Shown here: piece after piece, positions 9,069-17,034 of the stretch
How the letters are laid out: each line of letters starts with the position of its first letter
How positions within the stretch are numbered: the stretch's first letter is position 1
Origin: Candidatus Moanibacter sp.
Lineage (GTDB): Bacteria; Verrucomicrobiota; Verrucomicrobiia; Opitutales; UBA2987
Assembly: GCA_965215885.1 (NCBI GenBank)
Contig: CBDCEW010000077.1
Location: 1-33,712, forward strand
DNA: 33,712 nt
Direction: 5' to 3'
Notes under the pieces: generated by a model
What the model saw: the letters and a program-made list of their open reading frames with translations, nothing else
The model's database searches: none
Told to the model about the DNA's origin: nothing
Program-made: the position numbers and the translations under genes

Positions 9069-10966
9069 TGATAAGCAAGAAGATAAAAAAAGAGCTAAAC
9101 AAACCCGAGGGAATCAGTCATGTTAAGATGGGATGAAAGACAAAAAATCTTACCAACTGAATCCTTCGATAGATCGTTTAACTCTGCGTCTGGTCCTGCC
9201 CGAAGAGCAGGAGCGATTCAATGATCTATTGAAACAACATCATTATTTACACAGTGCGGGCAGCGCAGGAGAGACCCTGCGCTATGTGGCGCAGATCGAC
9301 GGGCAATGGATGGGCCTGCTCTTGTGGGGGGCCGCATCCTACCGGCTGAAGGATCGAGACGAATGGATCGGGTGGGACGGGGCGCAACGGCATGCACGAT
9401 TGAAACTGGTAGTACAGAACCGGCGTTTTCTGATTTTGCCCGGGGTGGATCTTGCAAATTTGGCCTCCAAGACGTTGGGTATGTGCCTGAGAGTCTTAGC
9501 CGATCACTGGCAGGAGGCTTTTGGCTATCGTCCCTTAGTAGCGGAAACGTTCGTGGACCCACAGATTCACCGGGGCACTTGCTACGAAGCGAGCGGGTGG
9601 ACGCCCTTGGGCTTGAGCGCGGGATATGGCCGCCAACGCGAAGATTTCTATCAACGCCATGAGCGTCCCAAGCAGATCTGGGTCAAACCCCTCAAGGCTA
9701 ATGCCCTTGAGCTTTTGCGCGCTTCAGGGCCATTGCCCGCGGCACAGAGCCAGGCGCTCAATGAAACCGATAACTCCCATGCGGTCTGCCTCAAAGTGGA
9801 ACAGATGAGCAGCCTGTGGGAACGCTTCAATCAGATAGAAGACTTCCGTCGTAAAGCGGGCCTTAGATATCGGCTCGCCACGGTCCTGAGCATGATTGTG
9901 CTCGGCACGATGTGCGGCAAACAGACCCTCAAGGGCATCGTGCGCCTGGCCCATCATCTCAATCAAGCCCAATTGCGCGCCTTACGCTCCTGGAAAAACC
10001 CCAAAACAGGCCGCTATAAGGCCCCTTGCTATGATGTCTTCTATCGGGTCTTGCAAAACGTAAAGGCCGAGCTCTTCGATAAAACCCTCACCGAATTCAT
10101 CTGCTTACAAGACGGCTGTTTGCCCCGCGATATTGCCGTCGACGGCAAGACCCTCAAAGGCACAAACACCGAAGAATCAAAGGCTCTGCACCTGGTGGCC
10201 GCAGTCGATCACCAAAGCGCTCAAACCTTAGCCCAAGTCGCTACCGCCGATAAATCCAACGAGATCACCGCCGCCCAGACTCTCTTGCGAAAGATGCCCA
10301 TTTTGGACGGCTCCACCTTCACCTTCGACGCCATGCATAATCAAAAAGAAACTGCCCACATCGTCGTCGAAGAACTCAGTGCTGACTATGTTATTCAAAT
10401 TAAAGACAATCAGCCCAACATGCATCAATACGCTCAGAATCTCTTCAGCTCCACCCCCTTTTTCTCCACCAAACCGTGGACAATGACCAGGGGCGACTCG
10501 AAATACGTCAAATAGCAACCCATTCTCTAAGCGCTCCCTCTGCCGGCCTGCCCCATGCCCGCCAGTTCGCCTGTGTGCAACGCACCTTCCATTATCCAAA
10601 CAAAGCTGAACCTTCCTCTGAACGCTCTTACTACGTAAGCAGTCTCGATCCCGCCGATTTGAGCCCTCAACAGTTCCTCTCGAAAATTCGCAACCATTGG
10701 TCGATCGAAAATAAAAATCATTACCCCAGGGATCGCTTCTTCGATGAAGATCGATGTATGATCCGTAATCATAACGCAGCCAGTATTCTTGCTGCATGCA
10801 GGCAACTGGTTCTCAGCCTCAAGTCTTCCATGGGCGCTGAATCCACTCCCGCACTCTGTGATGATTTCGTCTTTAACTTACATAAGGCCATCAATATCAT
10901 CACCTAATGCTCCGAGAATCAAAATACCGTGGCGATATACACATATCCGCAAATTTTCGCCAATCA
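9069..10966 (+). mobile_element. ISAs1-family element inserted in collagen gene 2 (ends approximate)
   Basis: Removing it restores the host reading frame. Ends TGAT...ATCA with weak IR (10/16). Alternative boundaries 9065-10967 give a 4-bp CAAC duplication. Confidence 0.75.
9133..10907 (+). CDS. DUF4338 (DruA-like) domain fused to ISAs1-family transposase, in two ORFs (9133-10515, 10476-10907) joined by a -1 shift near CCCCCTTTTT 10454-10463
   Basis: N-terminus HHYL...LRYVA...RRFLILP...NLAS...ETFVD...GTCYEASGW (DUF4338). Then IAVDGKTLKG, DKSNEI, TFDAMH, IKDNQP. The -1 frame continues GRLEIR, RNHWSIENKNHYPRD-FDED. Confidence 0.9.
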
Positions 10967-11044
10967 CCAACGTCTTGGAACTGGGAACTGTTTAACACCA
11001 GCACAACAACTAATTTGAGACTCAGGTTCGAGGTCATATGCGTA

Positions 11045-12363
11045 CACTACTGTCCGGTTGTTTTTCTAGGAACGCAGGTTAATCGATTGATAACCAACAT
11101 TTTACATATGATTTCTGCTGTTTTCGACTTGAAATTGCAAAAAGCCTTGTGGACTCTCAAAAATTTCGAGGGTCCAAATCATGTATACAGGTCGATTCGT
11201 TTTTTCTCAAATCATAGATTATCTTCCGCGCCATCAGTTCCATCGTTGCGTCCAACGCTACGGAGGCGACTACAAAGTTCAAAAGTTCAGTTGCTTCGAA
11301 CAATTTCTCTGCATGGGTTTTGCCGAGTTGACCTACCGGGAGAGTCTGCGCGACATCGAAACCTGCCTGCGGGCAGTACAACCAAAACTATACCACGCAG
11401 GGATTCGAAGCGGAGTATCCAAAAGCACGCTCGCCGATGCCAACGAGAAACGAGACTGGCGCATCTACGCCGACTTTGCACAGGTCCTCATCGCAATGGC
11501 TCGTCCTTTGTATTCAAACGAGGATCTGGGCATCGACCTGGACAATACGCTCTACGCTCTGGACTCCACCACGATCGATCTATGTCTATCACTCTTCCCG
11601 TGGGCACGTTTCCGCAAGCACAAGGGGGCGGTGAAGGTCCATACGCTTCTCGATCTCAGAGGCTCTATCCCTTATTTTATCGAGATTACCGATGGAAAAG
11701 TTCACGACGTAAACATTCTGGATCTCATCATCCCCGAGGCCGGTGCTTACTATGTAATGGACCGAGCCTATCTGCATTACGAGCGCCTCTATCGGATCGC
11801 ACAATGCGGTTCTTTCTTCGTCACACGCGCCCGCCGCGGCTTTCAGTTTCGCCGCCTCTACTCTCAAAAGGTCGACAAATCAACCGGTCTGCGTTCGGAC
11901 CAGACCGTTGCCCTGGTCAGCTTCTATCCTGCCAAGGCCTACCCCGAAAGACTCCGGCGTATCACTTACCTCGACCCCGACAGTTCCGAGCGCTTCGTGT
12001 TTCTCACCAACCAGTTTGCCCTCCCAGCCATAATCATCACCCAGATTTACCGTTTACGCTGGCAGATCGAATTGTTCTTCAAATGGATCAAACAGCACTT
12101 GCGCATCAAGAGCTTTTTCGGCACCTCCGAGAATGCTGTGAAGACTCAAATCTGGATTGCCGTCAGCGTCTATGTGCTCATCGCCATCATCCGCAAACGC
12201 CTTCGCCTGGAGATCAGTTTGCACAAAATCCTACAGATTCTCAGCTTCACCCTATTTGAGAAAACTCCTATGACTGAACTACTTACAGAAACCGATTACA
12301 CTTTCAATGAACACCGCATTCCTAAACAGTTGGAGTTGTTTGACTTATAACCGGACAGTACTG
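11045..12363 (+). mobile_element. IS4-family insertion sequence with 9-bp target duplication ATATGCGTA
   Basis: IRL cactactgtccggtt (11045-11059); IRR aaccggacagtactg (12349-12363); ATATGCGTA at 11036-11044 and 12364-12372. Confidence 0.95.
11181..12350 (+). CDS. IS4-family transposase (DUF4372 + DDE_Tnp_1)
   Basis: MYTGRFVFSQ, YALDSTTIDLC, VMDRAY, YRLRWQIELFFKWIKQ (YREK motif), FFGTSENAVKTQIW. Confidence 0.97.
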   Translation: MYTGRFVFSQIIDYLPRHQFHRCVQRYGGDYKVQKFSCFEQFLCMGFAELTYRESLRDIETCLRAVQPKLYHAGIRSGVSKSTLADANEKRDWRIYADFAQVLIAMARPLYSNEDLGIDLDNTLYALDSTTIDLCLSLFPWARFRKHKGAVKVHTLLDLRGSIPYFIEITDGKVHDVNILDLIIPEAGAYYVMDRAYLHYERLYRIAQCGSFFVTRARRGFQFRRLYSQKVDKSTGLRSDQTVALVSFYPAKAYPERLRRITYLDPDSSERFVFLTNQFALPAIIITQIYRLRWQIELFFKWIKQHLRIKSFFGTSENAVKTQIWIAVSVYVLIAIIRKRLRLEISLHKILQILSFTLFEKTPMTELLTETDYTFNEHRIPKQLELFDL

Positions 12364-12636
12364 ATATGCGTACAGTAATGACTCGACTTTTGTAGGGCCC
12401 AAAAATGCGTAAAATTGGGGTGTTTTCCCAGCGGAGGGGCACAATTCCCCCCTGACTTGGCATGGATTTGCCATTATCACTTGCCCAGCCGGCAAGAGGG
12501 TATTAGGCGGAGGAGGCGGAGTTTTTTCCAAATTAGCGTGCCAGACTCCCTCCGGAGAAGCGAAGATCACATACTCAGGACTGGACCCCAGAGTTGCCAG
12601 CTTCAAACGCTGGGCGCGGGATGTTATACTCGCCAG

Positions 12637-12758
12637 CAGCCCCGGGTCGTCAACACCCACAAAACGCAAGGCATCGCGCAGGACGTTCATGTGGCAGGAT
12701 CGCTCGCGCTGGTGGCGAACGGCTACAGCTCGAATAGCCTCAGACTTATCGATGGGTC
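12637..12758 (+). pseudogene. Remnant copy of one LVIVD repeat of the downstream gene
   Basis: 102/122 nt identical by hand alignment to 13570-13691; QPRVVNTHKTQGIAQDVHVAGSLALVAN vs QPRVVSRHKTKGIAQDVHVTGSLALVAN. Confidence 0.8.
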
Positions 12759-13059
12759 AAAGCCAACCATCACTCTGACCGCTTTGTCGCGCCTGGGCTA
12801 TTCGCTGCTCCTGCCCCGGGGTGGGTTCGCTGTTCGTCGGCTCGACCGCGGCCAGGTGGCGGCGAGCTTGCCGGCCCCGGATGCGATCAAAGACAAATGT
12901 AGTTTATCAACGGACGGGTGCCAAAAACTTCGGTCTGGGTGTGGGGACATGGCTCGATCTGGCAGGAGGTAGAATTCTGGCTATGTTCGCTCATGGGGAG
13001 GGTCCTATATCCTTGCAGTCGTCATCGGTTCGCTCCACTATGTTAAGCATATATTTTAC

Positions 13060-14988
13060 GTGAGACGCGGGATTGTGAAACGAGAAGTAATATTGACCAA
13101 CATTCTTTTGTTAACGCTGTTGGTTTGCGTATGTCCGGTAGACGCCGAGTCTTCCTCTCCATCGGCGCTTGCGGCTAGCGGCTCACCGGCTCAAACGCTC
13201 AAACAATTGGGACGATGGCATCGCGGCCCGGTCTACTCGAGTGCGGTGTCCGGCAACCATGTGTTTTTTGGGTCGGGAGGCGCAATCCGCGTCCTCGAAA
13301 TCAGTGAGGAAAGCTCGACATGGCAGGAAGTCGCATCGATCGACACATCCGGCGTGGTGCGAGATCTTTTTGTTTCTGGAAGTCATCTCTATGTGGCAGA
13401 CGACAGCGGCGCTCTGATCATCATCGACATATCGGATCCCGAAAATCCCAAGGAGGCAGGGCGCGCCAAGCTCTCGGAGTATGTCAGGGCCGTATTCGTC
13501 CAGGGCCACTACGCTTACATGGCAGCTCAATGGGCAGGACTTGTCGTCATCGATGTCTCGGATTCCACGCAACCCCGGGTCGTGAGCAGACACAAAACAA
13601 AAGGCATCGCGCAAGACGTCCATGTGACAGGATCACTTGCGCTGGTGGCGAACGCCTACCGCTCGAATGGCCTTAGAATCATCGATGTATCGAATCCGCT
13701 GCAACCCAAAGACATCGGGCATTACGCTATGCCGGGGATCGCCTACGGCGTATTCGCAGCCGACCAACTTGCCTATGTGGTGAGTCTCGAACAAAACGAA
13801 GGAGATGAGCCAGGCCTCACGGTGCTCGACATATCCGATCCGAAGGCCCCAATAAAGACGGGTTCCCACAGGGTGAAGTACGGCGCGGAGCGCGTCTGGG
13901 TCGAGAACTCGACGGCTTACCTGGCAGGAGTTGCGAATGATGCCGGCCTGATCGTCGTCGACGTCTCCGATCCGACCGCGCCAAGAGGGCTGGGCGGTTA
14001 TCACAGCCCGACATGCGCGGAGTCCATCACCGTGTCAGGTTCTCATGCCTACCTCGCCCATGGGGACAAGGGGCTCGAGATCATCGACATATCCCGCCCA
14101 ACCGCAACGCCGGGCGTGAACCATCATGACGCAGCGGGAAAGACGCGCGGAGTCCACGTGGTAGGTCCCTATGCCTATCTCGCCAATGGATATACCGGCC
14201 TTCGGATCCTCGATGTGTCCGATCGTTCCGCCATACGAGAGATTGGGCACCTCCCAACCTATCGGTCAATGGGCGTTCATGTCTCAGGCCTCTACGCCTA
14301 CGTTGCCGACGACTTCCAGGGAATGCGTATCATCGACATCTCGACTCCCTCTTCGCCCCGCCAGGTGGGGCACCTGGATACCCCCGGTGAGGCCATGAGG
14401 ATAACGGTATCCGGCAGCCGTGCTTACGTTGCTGACGGACCTTCCGGATTGAGAGTGATCGATGTCTCAAATCCAAGACGCCCGACGAAAATATCCGCCT
14501 ACGATACCCCGGGCAACGCCTATGATGTTCATATTGCGGGTCATCTTGCCTTCGTTGCGGACGGCACATCGGGATTGAGGATCATCGATGTTTCGAACCC
14601 ATCGGCAATAAGCGAGATCGGACATTACCTCCCACAAGATGGGGACGTCAGGGAGGTGGATGTGGCCGGCCCCTATGCGTATTTGGCCTCGAGAAAGCCG
14701 GGTCTTGTTGTTTTAGATATCTCCGATCCCAAGGAACCACGAGAGGTGGGGCGCCTCGATAAGGCGCGCACAGCCCGGTCCATTCAGGTTGCCGGTTCCT
14801 ACGCGTATCTCGGAGATGTCAAATGGCTGAGAGTGCTCGACATCTCGAACCCATCGGCACCCCGTCAAATAGCGTCCTCCAAGACGCCGAGTTATGCGGA
14901 CGACGTCTGTGTTGTGGATGCTACTGCCTACCTTGCGAATTATGATGCGGCCCTCATGATTCTCGGCATGGAAGCGCAAGGGGATTGA
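13060..14988 (+). CDS. Secreted LVIVD-repeat (beta-propeller) protein
   Basis: Signal peptide then many ~42-aa repeats of type V-V-G-x-YAYVAD-x2-GLRIIDVS-x-P-x2-P. Start may be GTG 13075. Confidence 0.92.
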   Translation: MRRGIVKREVILTNILLLTLLVCVCPVDAESSSPSALAASGSPAQTLKQLGRWHRGPVYSSAVSGNHVFFGSGGAIRVLEISEESSTWQEVASIDTSGVVRDLFVSGSHLYVADDSGALIIIDISDPENPKEAGRAKLSEYVRAVFVQGHYAYMAAQWAGLVVIDVSDSTQPRVVSRHKTKGIAQDVHVTGSLALVANAYRSNGLRIIDVSNPLQPKDIGHYAMPGIAYGVFAADQLAYVVSLEQNEGDEPGLTVLDISDPKAPIKTGSHRVKYGAERVWVENSTAYLAGVANDAGLIVVDVSDPTAPRGLGGYHSPTCAESITVSGSHAYLAHGDKGLEIIDISRPTATPGVNHHDAAGKTRGVHVVGPYAYLANGYTGLRILDVSDRSAIREIGHLPTYRSMGVHVSGLYAYVADDFQGMRIIDISTPSSPRQVGHLDTPGEAMRITVSGSRAYVADGPSGLRVIDVSNPRRPTKISAYDTPGNAYDVHIAGHLAFVADGTSGLRIIDVSNPSAISEIGHYLPQDGDVREVDVAGPYAYLASRKPGLVVLDISDPKEPREVGRLDKARTARSIQVAGSYAYLGDVKWLRVLDISNPSAPRQIASSKTPSYADDVCVVDATAYLANYDAALMILGMEAQGD

Positions 14989-15097
14989 TGTGCCCGGTGG
15001 ACTTTGGAGGGAGAGATTCCGAGATGCTGCCTCGTCCCGCCTGGCGGGTGCTTCCGTCTTCGTTCTGCTACCGCAGTGCTACGCCGAGACAGGTATG

Positions 15098-15391
15098 AGT
15101 TTCCAACCCTCACGGTGATTCGATGAAGATTGGAGCTTTGGCCACCGCGAGGTTAGGAAGGCTGCTCGCAGCCGAAGAGTAGAGCCAATGTTTTCGTATC
15201 GCTCGCGAGCGAGCTTCCTACCCTCACGGTAATCCGATGTAGAGTGGCGCTTCGGTCACTGCAAGGGTAGGAAGGCTGCTCGCAGCCGAAAGATAGATCC
15301 GATGTTTTCGAATCGCTCGCCAGTGAGCTTCCTACCCTCACGGTAGATCGATCTGGAATGGGACATGGCCCACCGCAAGGGTAGGAAGGCC
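15098..15391. repeat. BIME-like tandem array of family-A REP doublets, 114-bp period, ~2.6 units
   Basis: ccctcacggt at 15107, 15221, 15335; units carry (g/t)taggaaggctgctcgcagccgaa and atcgctcgc...gagcttcctac. Confidence 0.85.
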
Positions 15392-15794
15392 AGAATTTGG
15401 CCGGAGTCGCTCTCCGGACGATGAACTCCGTTCAGCTGCTGCAGGTCATGGTCGAAATCGATGTCGCTGGTTGGTTAATGGCTGCGACTTTCGACAACGA
15501 TTATGACAACCACTACGATGAGTGATTTCGTATTCAGAAACTAACAGTGCGATTTGGCATACCAGCCCGAAGATTTATGAAATCTTTCAGTTATTGTTAT
15601 TCTCTCACCTCAAGAGTGCCTGAATTGGCTTCCCTTCTTATGAGTGCCGAGTATCAGTGTTGTCATGCGCTTTTCTTGTCACTCTCAAGATGAAGAACAG
15701 ATAAAGTGAGTCAATTGGTCCCAAAGTTCAGTTTCATTTTCTTCCAAGGAATCTGTCGGATCCTAAGTTCGACAGATTCCTAAGCGAAAGACTG

Positions 15795-16967
15795 ATGAGT
15801 ATTCTCCGATCGCTGTTTCTCTGTTTGGCCATTGTCGGACTGGCCGTCCTGTTCATGCTTGCGATGATATTTCTGCGATCCAAGCCGGAAGCGAAGAGTA
15901 TCACTCAGATCCTTCCGAGGGTAGAGGTGATTCGGGTGCATCGTGGTAAACATCGTTTGGAGGTGGTGACTCACGGTACGGTGCAACCCCGCACGGAAAC
16001 GAATCTGACGAGCGAGGTTTCGGGAGTGATCGTGGAAGTCTCGCCCAGCTTTTTTCCTGGAAAATCTTTTGGAAAGGACGAGATCCTGCTGCGCCTCGAT
16101 GCCACAGAGTACCGGGCCTCGCAGGCGAATGCCAGGAGTCGGCTCGCCCAGGCCATACTGGCACTCGAGCAGGAAAAGGCTCTTGCCGAGCAGGCCCTGG
16201 AGGACTGGGAGGGTATGGGAGAGGGAGAAGCCAGCGACCTGGTGTTAAGAAAACCTCAGTTAGTCCGGGCACAGGCGGATGTGGAGGCGGCGCAAGCAGC
16301 ACTGGAACTGGCCGAACGCAACCTGCGCCTGACCACCATCCGCGCGCCCTACGCTGGGCGCATACGCGAGAAGGATGTCGATATAGGCCAGGTGGTCTCA
16401 GCCCGAATGACCCAGCTGGCCCGCATTTACTCGGTGGATGTGGCAGAAGTTCGTTTACCGATTTCGGCCCAGGAAGCCGCCTACTTCAGCCTACCGGAAG
16501 ACTATGGGAAAAACCCCGGTCATTCTGAAAAGCCTGGCGTCATTCTGGAATTTGACTACGCGGGTAAGAGCATCTTGTGGAATGGGTTTATCGATCGGGT
16601 GGAGGGTGCAATCGATCCGACTACACGACAAATCGTCGTAGTGGCTCAGGTATTGAATCCATTCACCAGGGATGAGGCCTCAGATCGGCCGCCATTAAAA
16701 GCAGGTCAATTCGTAACAGCCCGAATCCAGGGACATCATCTCAAGAACGCGACGATCATACCCCGTGGCGCACTGCATGATGATGCCGTCTATGTGATCG
16801 ACGAAACCAACCGCCTGCAGATACGACAGGGCAACGTGATCAAGAAGGAGATCGAGACCGTGGTTCTGGATGCCGGGCTAAACGAAGGCGAGCTTATCTG
16901 CCTCACTCCGCTTGAATTCGTCATACAGGACATGGAAGTCATCGTGGAGAAGGTCTATGACGACTAG
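15795..16967 (+). CDS. RND efflux periplasmic adaptor (membrane fusion protein)
   Basis: N-terminal TM, SEVSG lipoyl half-motif, helical hairpin, TTIRAPYAG, IDPTTR, LKAGQFV. Confidence 0.95.
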   Translation: MSILRSLFLCLAIVGLAVLFMLAMIFLRSKPEAKSITQILPRVEVIRVHRGKHRLEVVTHGTVQPRTETNLTSEVSGVIVEVSPSFFPGKSFGKDEILLRLDATEYRASQANARSRLAQAILALEQEKALAEQALEDWEGMGEGEASDLVLRKPQLVRAQADVEAAQAALELAERNLRLTTIRAPYAGRIREKDVDIGQVVSARMTQLARIYSVDVAEVRLPISAQEAAYFSLPEDYGKNPGHSEKPGVILEFDYAGKSILWNGFIDRVEGAIDPTTRQIVVVAQVLNPFTRDEASDRPPLKAGQFVTARIQGHHLKNATIIPRGALHDDAVYVIDETNRLQIRQGNVIKKEIETVVLDAGLNEGELICLTPLEFVIQDMEVIVEKVYDD

Positions 16968-17034
16968 TGCGAACTTGGATTTAATGGAAAGATATCAGAA
17001 TGATGTCGGAATTCCGCTATCTTAAAGGCCTGCC

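Larger units (their letters stand above)
7505..12378 (+). pseudogene. Secreted collagen-like protein (signal peptide, Ig/IPT-like N-domain, collagen, DUF1554-like domain, collagen, CPAG...GGW...IC C-domain), broken by a TAG, a +1 frameshift and two IS insertions
   Basis: RBS GGAGG then GTG at 7505. TAG 8033-8035 in GP*GVQ. DUF1554-like IVFTT...GNLGGLEGADAIC...YMAWLSD. Extra A at 8834-8836. C-domain ISCPAGFKSISGGW...EATS stops at 9068, resumes PTSWNWELFN...EVICV at 10967-11044, and ends CAG TAA at 12373-12378. Confidence 0.85.

Noticed and set aside
9133..9720. Druantia defence system
   Set aside because: Only the DUF4338 domain is present, fused to a transposase; no DruE helicase or other dru genes.
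10907..12259. 450-aa ORF as a real gene
   Set aside because: Chimera of the ISAs1 end, a collagen-gene fragment and an alternate frame of the IS4 transposase.
12457..12472. Sigma-54 promoter ttggcatggatttgcc
   Set aside because: GG-to-GC spacing is 9 nt rather than the required 10.
12637..13691. DGR template/variable repeat pair
   Set aside because: The 20 mismatches are not adenine-specific (several C/T, C/G, G/T), and there is no reverse transcriptase in the window.
15098..15391. CRISPR array
   Set aside because: Inter-repeat segments are homologous to each other, repeats are paired inverted REPs, and no cas genes are present.
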